Made by a program: the position numbers and the translations under genes
Notes under the pieces: generated by a model
What the model was told of the DNA's origin: nothing
The model's database searches: none
The model's input: the letters and a program-made list of their open reading frames with translations, nothing else
Shown here: piece after piece, positions 1 through 10,492 of the stretch
How the letters are laid out: each line of letters opens with the position of its first letter
How positions within the stretch are numbered: the first letter of the stretch is position 1
Origin: Octopus sinensis
Lineage: Eukaryota
Direction of reading: 5' to 3'
DNA: 22,589 bases
NCBI RefSeq assembly: GCF_006345805.1
Contig: NW_021836767.1
Location: 1 to 22,589 of the forward strand

Positions 1-118
1 AACGCCATTCCTTCCGATAGTCAGGAATCCTCTCTTTCTTTTGACTCTAGTTACACTTATACCGAAATAGATCTGGTGTTACAATCCTAGATACGTTCAT
101 AGAGACGTGCCCGCGCGC

Positions 119-142
119 TTGTGTGTGTGTGTGTGTGTCTGT

Positions 143-190
<48 letters not shown>

Positions 191-409
191 ATATGTGCGT
201 GTGTGTATTATGTATATATGCCGATGTACATACATATGTGCAACTGCACGCGCGCATACATACATACACGCACACATATATACACCAGATGATATATAAA
301 TATACCGTTTTTCATTTGCCATACACACACACATACATACATACATACGTAATACATACACACACAAACACACACACACAGAGACACAGACACACACACA
401 CACACACAC

Positions 410-495
<86 letters not shown>

Positions 496-706
496 GTGCA
501 TATAGATATGGTGATGGTTGTGTGTGTGTGTGTTGCAATATATGAGTGTACGTGTGTGTGTAAATTCTCGATATATATATATATACACATACATGAATGT
601 GTGTGTGTACATCCGTCATTCACACTCAAACACACACATACACAAGCGTGTACGCACGCACACGCACACACACACATATACACACACACACGTACACACA
701 TACGTA
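119..706. repeat. Compound microsatellite: (TG)n, (CA)n, (TA)n, (TAGA)n
   Basis: Directly visible tandem di- and tetranucleotide runs; explains the HT/CV/YI/YLSI ORFs here. Confidence 0.97.
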
Positions 707-1668
707 TATCTTTGTTCTAAAGTCGATTGGAACAGCGATTGTCAGGAGAAAGGAGGGAAACAGAGCTCTGAAAATGAGGAGCAGAAAGGACAGCGGAGGT
801 GGAGGTGGAGGAGGTGATGGAGGTGGAGGCGATTGTGGCGGGGGAATAAGTATTGGTACTAATGCACTTGAATGACATAAGTCCTTAGTTTGTAGTTGGA
901 CCCCCGTCACCCATCTTCCTTTCTCCGCCAAAGATATCCTGCGTGATAAACACACACACACACACCAAAATGACATTCCTTTTGTTAACCGTTTCTGTAA
1001 TATTTACATTCTTTCGTCTATGTCATTGTTTATTGTTGAACCCTCTAGCAGAGATTTTCTGGCGAATTTGAAGTAGATAAGGCAAAAGATGTTAGCATGC
1101 AAACATTGGGTTAAAAAAAAAAATAAAGGAACTCCTTAGATAAGAAAATTCGATGGCCGCCCGCGTGGCACGAACCTACTGCATCATCTGTAAACTTGAG
1201 AGACACTCAGCTATTGTAACCAAAGAAACCCTTGGATTTTCTCGATTCGTTTTGGAAGCTTTGTTCTCAACAGGGAGAATTGCATTTTGTATAAATTTCC
1301 AGAGAATGGAATAAACCGTAGAACTCGAAGTAGATACAGCTATAAATAACAACGTATGAATATTGTGTTAAACACCCTTTGAATAGAATTTTGAATAGAG
1401 ATAAGTAGTCGAAGGCAGTCTGTATGACAGACGTTCTACCATTGTACCAAAACGATCCTTCGAATATCACCATTTAATTTAGCATCAGAAACAGATGTAT
1501 GTTGCTTATGTCAAAAGAATTTAGTGTCTTCGGGAGACGCGAAAGAAATCGTTTTTAACGGTGGAATTCGAAGTAGATAAAGCTATAAACAATAGCTGAC
1601 ACTGACACGGCTACAACAATTGCTTCTGCTCTCTGAATCAAGGAACTACATACCATCTCAATCTAAGC

Positions 1669-1781
1669 CAGTGGTTCTCAACCGGGGTCCATATACAAGT
1701 CTTAGGTTTCACATAACAAGATAGTAAATTGGGGATTCACGATAGTATTTTAAGAGTTCAAGTGCTGTTAAGAAATCTTCT
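1669..1781 (+). mobile_element. Possible hAT-type MITE left end
   Basis: CAGTGGTTCTCAACCGGGG at 1669 resembles hAT (Charlie-like) terminal inverted repeats; only a degenerate possible partner (gttaagaaatcttctg, ~1766-1781); no 8-bp TSD seen. Confidence 0.3.
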
Positions 1782-2039
1782 GCTGAACAGATATCTTGGG
1801 AACCTCTTCGATGTAGGTTGACCTTAAAGGGGAGCCAAATCTTCTTCAAAATTTCACTCTATTGTCCAGTCACGTAGCTAGTGTGTGTGTGTTTGTGTGT
1901 ATACGTGCGCGCGCGCGCGATTTGGAGCCGACCTTGATTTGCCGCCCCATCACCGGCCCACTAAGCCTATACAGGCTCATTCAGTAGACCCAAACATGTC
2001 GCCCCAATAAAAGCGTTGTCCCGGGGCGGAGAGGGCCTT

Positions 2040-2232
2040 GTCGCACCCAACCTCAGTTACGCTACTGGTAGCGTCTTGAAAAAAAAAAAAAATGAAAGAC
2101 TCATCTAAAGGACGGTATGTAGACTGGTATGTAAAACAAATGGGATGGCCACGGCTGGTAAGCTGTTGATTATGAATCTGCTTAATCAGGGCTGACTCGG
2201 GGTTGAACAGGTAAGCAACAACAGCAACAAGA
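2040..2232 (+). repeat. Family X interspersed repeat, 3' part with (AAC)n-like tail
   Basis: gggatggccacggctgg...atctgcttaatcagggctgactcggggttgaac...caacaacagcaac matches 17745-17822 (same strand) and 16141-16200 and 16388-16480 (opposite strand). Confidence 0.65.
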
Positions 2233-2505
2233 GACAAGTCGCTCCGGATAGCCCACACCCCATATCAAGTTTAACCTTGTGCCTGGTCGGAAGAAATCAA
2301 TACACGGCGTTAATTAGCTTACTGAAACTCCGTACACGATTGACGCAAAGCATTCTGGGATTAGTAACTATAATTGGATGAGCGGATTAACTGCAGATTA
2401 GTATAAAGTTATTGGCTTTTGTGTAGTTTAATCGTACAGACAGGTGCATTTGAAGTTATTAGGTGGAAGGGTTTCAAATTACATCGAAGACTTCTTTTTC
2501 TTCTG

Positions 2506-2531
2506 TCTATCTGCCTGTCTGTTTGTCTGCT

Positions 2532-2591
<60 letters not shown>

Positions 2592-2652
2592 GCTCTGTTG
2601 ACCCATCTCTCTCCTTTCTTTCTTTCACTTTCGCTTTTCATACATCTGCATG

Positions 2653-2711
<59 letters not shown>

Positions 2712-2724
2712 GTATGTATGTATG

Positions 2725-2755
<31 letters not shown>

Positions 2756-2856
2756 ATATGTATGTGTGTATGTATGTATGTTTGTATGTATGTATTTATG
2801 CATGTATGTATGTATGTATGTATGTATGTATGTATGTATGTATGTATGTATGTATG

Positions 2857-2890
<34 letters not shown>

Positions 2891-2989
2891 TGTATGTATG
2901 TATGTATGTACGTATGTATATATGCATGTATGTATGTATGTATGTATGTATGTATGTATGTATGAATGCATGTATGTATGTATGTATGC

Positions 2990-3022
<33 letters not shown>

Positions 3023-3065
3023 TGTACGTACGTATGTATATATGCATGTATGTATGTATGTATGC

Positions 3066-3098
<33 letters not shown>

Positions 3099-3128
3099 TG
3101 TATGTATGTATGTATGTATGTATGTATG
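2506..3128. repeat. (CTGT)n at 2506-2590 and ~480-bp (TATG)n at 2650-3128
   Basis: Directly visible tetranucleotide arrays. Confidence 0.97.
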
Positions 3129-3169
3129 AATGCGTGTATGCGAGTGCATATTTATGTGTGCGTATGTGT

Positions 3170-3600
3170 AGCGAGAGGGAGAGAAAGAGAAAGGAAAGAG
3201 GAAGAGACAAACAGACATACAGACACACAGACTGGATCATATAGTAATGTTGATTGTTGATTGATGGAGAATTAAACTGAACAGGCATGTACTGGATGAA
3301 AGAATCGATATATCAAGAGAGGGAAGAGGAGAGAGAGAGAAAGAGAGAAGAAGTGAGAGATGAGAGAGAGAGAGAGAGAGAGTGATGGGAGAGAGAGAGA
3401 GAGATGGGGAAAAAGGGGGAGAGAGATATGGAAACATGCATTCAACTAGTCAGACATTTTGGTTGGTTAAGTAATGGACGCACTGGTAGACAGATAAATA
3501 GGATATATATATATAATATATATATATATAGTGTGTGTGTGTGTGTGTATACACACATATATACACACATACATGCATACATACACACACACGCACACAT
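3170..3600. repeat. GA-rich low-complexity tract, then (TA)/(TG)/(CA) microsatellites
   Basis: Directly visible. Confidence 0.9.
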
Positions 3601-3957
3601 TCTTTTATTCTTTATTTGTTTCAGTCATTTGACCGCGGCCATGCTGGAGCACCGCCTTTAGTCGAGCAAATCGATTCCAGGGCTTAATCTTTTTGAGCCT
3701 AGTACTTATTCTATCGGTTTCTTTTCCCGAACCGCTAAGTTACGGGGACGTGACCCCGCCAGCATCGGTTGTCAAGCGATGTTGGGGGGACAAACACACA
3801 CACACATACACACATACACACACAAATCCACTCACAAGGCTTTGGTCGGCCGGAGGTTATAGTAGAAGACACTTGCCCGAGGTTCCACGCAGTGGGACTG
3901 AACCCGGAACCATGTGGTTGGTAAGTAAGCTACTTACCACACAGCTACTCCTGCGCC
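3601..3957 (-). mobile_element. SINE family A (tRNA-derived head, CORE-like centre, internal microsatellite), internal deletion
   Basis: Reverse strand reads ggcgcaggagtagctgtgtggtaagtagc (A box)...gggttcagtcccac (B box)...gggcaagtgtcttctactata...tail aagaataaaaga; collinear with 8083-8480 but lacks the tggtagacggaaactg...cccgtcg segment. Confidence 0.92.
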
Positions 3958-3972
3958 TGGGGGTGTATACAC

Positions 3973-4031
3973 ATAGATAGATAGATAGATACATAGATAG
4001 ATACATAGATAGACAGACAGACAGACAGACT

Positions 4032-4063
<32 letters not shown>

Positions 4064-4260
4064 TATAGCTAGCTTGATAGTTCAATTTAATGTTTAATAG
4101 ACAGACTAATAGGCAGAATTAGATGAAATTAATGAAGGAGAGAGAGAGAAAGAGAAGATGAGAGAGTTTCAAGAAGAAGAAAAGAGTGAGTGTGTGAGTG
4201 AGTAAGTGAGTGAGTGAGTGAGTGAGTGAGTGAGTGAGTGAGTGAGTGACAGACTGAGAG
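3973..4260. repeat. (TAGA)n/(CAGA)n, GA-rich and (GAGT)n microsatellites
   Basis: Directly visible. Confidence 0.92.
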
Positions 4261-4414
4261 AGTTGCAGGACGCTAACTACCAATATAATATGTAAGATTA
4301 ACAATCACTGGGCTGAAATAAGCGGCAAATTAAGTTTAGTAATTACGTGATAGGCTAATTAACCGGAGTTAAGTGCAATTGTCCTTCACTCAGGATACTA
4401 GTGAGTGAGTGAAT

Positions 4415-4459
<45 letters not shown>

Positions 4460-4582
4460 CGTGTGGTTTCTTACAAACATGTTAATAAAGTTTCATATCC
4501 TGAGATGTACCATCAGAGGTGTTGATTAAACCTATAATGAAATATATTCCAGCCATGGCCACCCGGACTTGTTTTTCCAGCT

Positions 4583-4837
4583 ATGGGTGTGTTGTTGTTA
4601 AGAGGCTCGTTTTGCAACCAAGTGACCTCGAGTGCAATCCCGCTGCCATGCTGGAGCACCGCCTTTAGTCGAGCAAATCGATTCCAGGAATTATTCTTTT
4701 TAAGCCTAGTACTTATTCTATCGGTTTCTTTTACCGAACTGCTAAGTTACGGGGACGTGACCCCCGCCAGCATGGCCGAGTGTCTTCTACTATAGCCACA
4801 TGGTGACCAATGCCTTGTGAGCGAATTTGGTAAATGG

Positions 4838-4889
<52 letters not shown>

Positions 4890-5080
4890 TTCTCCGCCAT
4901 TGCTTGACAACCGGTTTTGATTTATTTAGGTCCCCGTAACTTAGTGGTTCGGCAAACGACCGATAGAATAAGGGCGAGGCTTTAAAACTAAGTTCTGGGG
5001 GTTAATTTCTTCGACTAAACCCTGAAGGTAGTGCTTCAGCATAGTCGCACTCCAGGAACTGAAGCAAGCAGAGTGTAAAA
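4583..5080 (+). mobile_element. Older diverged family A SINE, interrupted by an inverted family A fragment
   Basis: Degenerate tRNA head 4583-4645, then gagtgtcttctactatagcc...ccttgtgagcgaatttgg, (TG)n, gtccccgtaacttagtggttcggcaaa...cgactaaa...cagcatag. Confidence 0.82.
4645..4773 (-). mobile_element. Inverted 129-bp family A 3' fragment, near-copy of 3638-3765
   Basis: Manual alignment to 3638-3765: 6 substitutions and 1 indel. Confidence 0.9.
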
Positions 5081-5119
5081 GGTAGAAACCACCAGGAGTA
5101 CATTATCCAAAGAATCTTT

Positions 5120-5195
5120 TATTTTAAGGTAGTAGGGTGTGATTTTAGGCAGACTTGGCTGCTATTTTTAACACTGCTCGGCTCCTCATGTTAGC
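5120..5195 (-). repeat. Family X fragment
   Basis: gggtgtgattttaggcagacttggctgctattttta is the reverse complement of ctagaaacagcagctaaatctgcccctaaatcac (17633-17666), allowing for divergence. Confidence 0.6.
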
Positions 5196-5354
5196 TAGAC
5201 AAAGCAAAGTTACTTATAAATATTTGAATAATACGGATAAAGGAATAGTACCCTAGGGAATTCTTCTGCATGCTTAATATGCACTTAGGCCAGTTCCTCA
5301 CATAAGAAGTATAGTGAACTGGAAGCTTCGATTATCAGAGTACATTCCAGTAAT

Positions 5355-5812
5355 TACCGTATTTGATGGCATAAAAGACACACGAACACATCAAGGCACA
5401 CTCCGATTCCAACAGCATATTTTCAGGAACAAACGTTTTAGTACATCATAATCCCTTCACTGTGAAATTGAATTTCATGATTATTCCAATAATGATGTTA
5501 AATATCTACTAAAAAAGACAAAAAAAAAAAAAAAAGATTTGGTATTTTCTGAAAGTCACATTGCCTCAATAAACTTGACAGAAATCTCAGCAGAAAATAG
5601 TTTCAAACATGACATTCCAAGATTGGTATATAAAATTGCCTTCTGCTGTTAAGGGTAATAAAATTTTTAGTGGACATATATGCTTTCCTCAGTGAACAGG
5701 TAATAGCGTGCAATATCGGTCCAACTTTGCATATAGGAAACGGGGTAAATTTTTGAAACATTCTTTCGGAAAAAAAAAAAGTGCGTCTTATACGCTCAGT
5801 CAAAAAACGGAC
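5355..5812. mobile_element. Possible degenerate Tc1/mariner (pogo/Tigger-like) MITE
   Basis: Left taccgtatttgatggcataaaagacacac (5355-5383) and right gtgcgtcttatacgctcagtcaaaaaacgg (5781-5810) are imperfect inverted repeats of the TACCGTATTT..TATAAGACGCAC type. Confidence 0.4.
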
Positions 5813-6041
5813 GTAAATAGAAACTTCCTTATAGTGGGGTATAATGCCTAAAACCAAAAGGTACCATAGAATCGATTAATAGGAATTTTTGAATACTATA
5901 GACAGTGCTGAGTGGTGTGTATCTGTTCATTAAAACAAACTCATGAAGAACACGATAGACCTCTTTCGATTTTATGTGACGTTCTTTGCATCCTGATAGA
6001 AGTAGATTCATTCATAACTTATAAAAATTATTTGAAATAAA

Positions 6042-6434
6042 TCTCTCTATATATAAAGCTGAAGTTGTCTGTGTATGGCAGGTTTGGTAGCCTTCAACTA
6101 ACACTATCTCCTCCGAGACCCTGCGGCGCAAGTTGACCAAAATTGAGAGTATGATAGAAGAAGGCTTGCTCTTCCTTCCGTAGAAGAAAAAATTCAAATT
6201 GGACCATATTAACACCAAAAATTATTTACATCAAAAAGGTGGGGTTTTTTCTATGAAAATCCCTATTTTTTACGATTTTTTTACTCTTGTGTCGCCATTT
6301 TTCGGTGTATCTCAACCAGAAAAATGTTCACTTAAAAAGAATAACAAGCTACATAATGCAAAATTTTTATTTTTCAAAATTTCCAATTCTAAAGGGTCGA
6401 AACAAACCCGAGCAACGCCGGGCGAGACTGCTAG
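6042..6434 (+). mobile_element. Non-autonomous Helitron, 393 bp, both ends intact
   Basis: A|TC start (tctctctatatataaag), GC-rich subterminal hairpin cccgagcaacgccggg (6407-6422), CTAG|T end at 6431-6435: the canonical Helitron terminal signature. Confidence 0.85.
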
Positions 6435-6789
6435 TTATTTGAAACAAACGCTTTATTGCCTTAGTGATTATATTCATCAATGTGTGACAGAACGAATGCT
6501 ATGCTTTGTAGATGAAGTCAGCTAAACACAAAACATGTATAGGATTGCCTTCCATTTTCTTTCTGCACCATCAGGTCGACTAACGACTCCTGCTGTCTTC
6601 CTTGATTAGTGCTATGTTCTTGTTATGGAATTCTCATGGTTTTCAGCTGCTTTCTTCGAGTACTTTTTACAAAATCTCACACTTACCTAAAAACTGAAAA
6701 CGTAAAGAACTGAAACAAATACCCCAAAGTATTTTATTGGACATTCGTACAATTCCGCTAATTGGTCGTTCTGAACTGGTTCTGCATTT

Positions 6790-6880
6790 TATCGATACTG
6801 GCAGACTGGCCAGCAGAGTTGATCTTGGCGAGATTTGAACTCATAGTTGGATTGGCAGCACAGCGCAATTGACCATTGCT
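6790..6880 (-). mobile_element. Old family B SINE fragment
   Basis: gagttgatcttggcgagatttgaactca is the reverse complement of the tgagttcaaat..gag.tcgact B-box region of the family B copies at 8605 and 16515. Confidence 0.5.
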
Positions 6881-6913
6881 ATCACAATTCCAGTTGCGAA
6901 TGTTTTGTTGTTA

Positions 6914-7985
6914 CCTGTATATCTATCAAAAGCACTTCCATCAATTGAATTACGGTATTGAGACCCCCTTCAGTCATGACTGACCGTGGGATTGTACCTA
7001 GGAAGTTACCCACCCAGACACAAGTCCGGGCAAGGTTGTTTATGGAAGACTAGCAGTCGCCCATGCATACCAGCCTCCCTCTCCACGCCACCAGTGTTAA
7101 CCAAGGGAAAGGCAAAGGCTGATACAGCTTGGCACCTGTGACATTGCAACTCATTTTTACAGCTGAGTGAAATGGAGCAACGTGAAATAAAGTGTCTTGC
7201 TCAAGAACGCAGCCCTGTCCAGGATTCGAAGTCACAACCTCACGATCGTAAGCTCGAGGCTCTAACCACTGAGCCGTGTGCCTCCATTAGGTATTACGGT
7301 ATTACCAAATTGAAAAAAAGGTATTGCTGTGGTATAGACCTGAGTAAATTTCAAGAATATTTTTAAATGGAAGATCATTCAATATCTTCAGAGATCATCA
7401 ACCACTATCAGCGCCATTTAATTAAGGGAGAAATGTTGGCCAAACATGTTGCAAGGGGGACTACGATAACTACCTTTCTGGTCATAAAATGCATCAACAA
7501 ACCAGAAAATATTTCATTCGTATGTGTGTCATTAGAATCGGTTTAAGCTATTGAGAAACATAATAATATATAAGATACCGAGTGCGTGGAAGGGACTATA
7601 TGTAGTTTTTAACGGTCTGCTACACAGTGAAGAAGAATCGCTGTTATTGTTGATACATTACGATGACCAGAGATATTTGGCCTGAAATCAACTGGAATTT
7701 ACAATTTGATCAACTGCATGAAATTCCTTTTTACGTTTATTCCCAAAAGAATTATTCATAACAACGGTCCATAGTTTATGAGTTTATGAGTTAAAGAGTG
7801 TTTATAACAATGGGGAATACAACATCAAAGAATTGTATTCACCATTCTCAAAAATATGCTGAAGTAAAAAGGTTCATTAAACCCGTGGGTAGCAAAGTAA
7901 TCAGGTCACCGATTCAAGTTGGAAAACAATGGATGAGAGAAAGTCGGATATTTTTATTGTTTTCTAACAGTGTTCCAAGATTCTT
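6914..7985 (+). mobile_element. Decayed Ty3/Gypsy LTR retrotransposon pol remnant (RNase H + integrase core), split by a SINE
   Basis: Hand translation across frameshifts: PVYLSKALPSIELRY|YQIEKK-GIAVV-DLSKFQEYF-LNGRSFNIFRDHQPL (RNase H, cf. PIAYAS..L...E..Y.QIEKE.LA.....KF..YL.GR.F...TDH.PL); from 7643 VIVD...PEIFGLKST...LINCMKFLF..IPKRIIHNNGP*FMS...WGIQH..HSQKYAEVKRFIKP...GKQW...IFLL (integrase core, cf. SDNGPQF, HPQSNGEAER). Many stops; no LTRs seen. Confidence 0.82.
6960..7292 (-). mobile_element. SINE family C (tail type 1), full length, 11-bp TSD
   Basis: Reverse strand ggaggcacacggctcagtggttagagc (A box)...cttcgaatcc (B box)...ttgagcaagacactttatttcacg; TSD attacggtatt at 6949-6959 and 7293-7303. 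Confidence 0.9.
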
Positions 7986-8082
7986 TATTTTTCTTACTCA
8001 CGTTTGCTTTACAGAATATACGAAAGATGTTTTGACACACTATGCGCATGAAGACAAAAAAAAAAAATATTAGTTATACATA

Positions 8083-8480
8083 GGCGCAGGAGTGGCTGTG
8101 TGGTAAGTAGCTTGCTTACAAACCAAATGGTTACGGGTTCAGTCCCACTGCATGACTACTTAGGCAACTGTCTTCTACTATAGCCTCGGGCCGACCAAAG
8201 CCTTGTGAGTGGATTTGGTAAATGGAAACTGAAGGAAGCCCGTCGTATGTATATCTATATATATATATATATGTTTGTTTGTGTTTGTCCCTCCCGCCAT
8301 CGCTTGACAACCGATACTGGTGTGTTTATGTCCCCGTAACTTAGCGGTTCGGCAAAACAGACAGATAAAATAAGTACTAGATTTACAAAGAATAAGTCCT
8401 GGGGTCGATTTGCTCGACTAAAGGCGTTAATCCAGCATGGCCACAGTCAAATGACTGAAACAAGTTAAAGAGTAAAAGAG
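8083..8480 (+). mobile_element. SINE family A, full length
   Basis: ggcgcaggagtggctgtgtgg (A box), gggttcagtccc (B box), CORE-like ggcaactgtcttctactatagcc, internal (TA)n, tail (agtaaaag)n. Confidence 0.93.
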
Positions 8481-8604
8481 TATATATATTTTAACCGATA
8501 TCTATAATAATTTTAAACTACAGAAGATTATTGAGCATTCAGTTCTTCATTCAATAAATGGAGCGTAATTATCAGTTTATATTTTTCACATTTGAAAAAA
8601 ATAT

Positions 8605-8800
8605 ATGGTGGGGAGGTAGCAGAATCGTTAGAACGTAAGAAAGAGAAACGGCTTTGCGTTATTTGTTCCGGCTCTTTACATCCTGAGTTCAAATACTGTC
8701 TGGTTAACACTACCATTCTTCAGGGTCCATAAAATAAAACAGCAGCCAAGTACTGGACTACTCCATCTCCCCTCCAAATTGCTGACCTTGTGCCAAAACT
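8605..8800 (+). mobile_element. SINE family B, diverged
   Basis: ggtagcagaatcgttagaac...tgagttcaaatac...ccataaaataaaac...ccctccaaattgctgacc; collinear with 16515-16690. Confidence 0.72.
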
Positions 8801-8961
8801 AGTAAGGATTGTTACAAACGAGAGTTTCCTTCATGTAGTTCGAAGACCAGAGAAATATTAACAGTAGCAAGATAAATATCGGTGACACCGTTACACCTAG
8901 TAAACCCCATCAGTTACTAATATCGCAATAACATTGAAATGTATCTAAATGTACCAACAGC

Positions 8962-9370
8962 AGGGATGCCAGTGCGGTTAAGAAGTTCGCTTTACAGTCT
9001 CGTGGTTTGTGGTTCAGTCTAAATGCGCGGCATCTTGAGCAAGTGTGTCTTCTACGGTAGCCCCAGGATGACCAATGTGTTGCGAGTGTGTTTGGTTGGG
9101 GGAAACTGTGTGAAAGCCCGCTATATATGTGTGTGTGTGTGTGTGTGTGTGCGTGTCATGTGTGTGTGTGTGTTTGTGTTTGTGTTTGACTCGCCCCCAT
9201 TGTTTGACAGCCAGCCTTGATTTGTTTACATCTCCATGACTTAGTGGTTCGGCAAAAGAGATCGGTATGCTTAAAATACATGCATCCTAGGATTGATGTT
9301 TTCGACTAAACCTTTCAAGACGGGTTCTAACATGGCCGTTGGTTAATGACCGCAACATGTAAAAGATAAT
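8962..9370 (+). mobile_element. SINE family A, old diverged copy
   Basis: Degenerate head, cttgagcaagtgtgtcttctac, internal (TG)n, cttagtggttcggcaaaagag, cgactaaa, catggcc. Confidence 0.82.
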
Positions 9371-10092
9371 ACATAATCATCAGGATGAAAGTCCTTGAAA
9401 ACGTTATCATTCTTCCCCACCACTAGTTCTATATAGATTGCTGACATCAAGTGCAACCGCAGTGCCCAGTTAGTAGAGGGCTGTAAGCACCTAACACTCC
9501 AAGTAGCAGCAGACACCCAGTCTTGGTTTTTGCTTGATTCAAGGATTGCAGCTCCGGCAGAGGTAAGCAGCGCATAGCCCTATTTTACGAAGGGGGACCA
9601 CCCCCGCTCACCGTCCCAGGAATCTCTACAGTTGCCATTGCTTCAATGCATACCCGCGCATCAACAGCTACGGCATGCCGAACCTTTAGCATAGAGGATA
9701 TTGGCAGTAGATTGTTCGTCTGACTAGTAGACCCCATCCGTTCTATAAAAAGCTGAATCTGCTGAGATGATAGTTGGCCAGGGTCAAAACAAGATGGTCA
9801 AGCGGTCAATTATGACGGAAGTGATGTAAGCATTCGCTGGTTCTGCTCGATCTTTCAGTCCGTCTCTGGTTGAGATTGGTAACATTGCTCCTATCCTAAC
9901 ATCGCTTCTATTTCTATTGACTTGGATGTCCGAAATGAAAAAGACTCCAATCGATTTAGCCAGTCTAAAGGTTCAGCGATGTAGTTTGATGATAAGGTGT
10001 TGTATTTCTAGGTGCTGAGTTGCGAGCCTACTTATTTGTCTAGGTTAACCATTGCTCTTGCCGCCGTCTCTTATTTCTTTAGAATGGTATCA

Positions 10093-10414
10093 GTGAAGGT
10101 GCGTCGCTTAGTGGTTGGTATTCGGTTTACGATCATATTGGTCGAAAGTTCAATTCCAGGCGGGGCGTTGTGTCTTTTAGCAAGACACTTTATTTCACGT
10201 GGTTCCAGTTCACTCAGCTGGCAAAAATGAGTAGTATCCGTATATGAAAGGGCCAGCCTTGTCCCATCATGTGTAACGCTGAATTTTCCTGAGAACTACG
10301 TTAAGGGTACGCGTGTTTGTGGGCTGCCCGGCCGCCTGACCGTTAATTTCACGAGCTAACTGTTCCGTTGATCGGAACAACTACAGTTATCATCGTCGTG
10401 ACTGACGGAGTGCC
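10093..10414 (+). mobile_element. SINE family C (tail type 2), 12-bp TSD
   Basis: tRNA head (cgcttagtggtt...gttcaattcc), tagcaagacactttatttcacg centre; TSD agaatggta(t/c)ca at 10081-10092 and 10415-10426; homologous to 19012-19336. Confidence 0.88.
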
Positions 10415-10492
10415 AGAATGGTACCAACTAGCTTCACTACCGCGGCGGCCGATTCCAGTTCGCTAGTGTTGTTAGCACAATGGCACAGCTAA

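Noticed and set aside
3258-3270. TGATTGAT Pbx/Hox-type site (also ~18751)
   Set aside because: One or two occurrences are expected by chance in 22 kb of AT-rich DNA.
47-3288. Long ORFs of 100-216 aa (HT, CV, MYVC, HTYI, YLSI repeats)
   Set aside because: Stop-free translations of (CA), (TG), (TATG) and (TAGA) microsatellites, open on both strands.
7050-7366. ORFs of 61 and 64 aa
   Set aside because: Lie in a SINE and the start of the Gypsy remnant; not genes.
8083-8160. tRNA-like sequences at SINE heads
   Set aside because: A and B boxes are present but run into SINE bodies with tails and, in several copies, TSDs; not tRNA genes.
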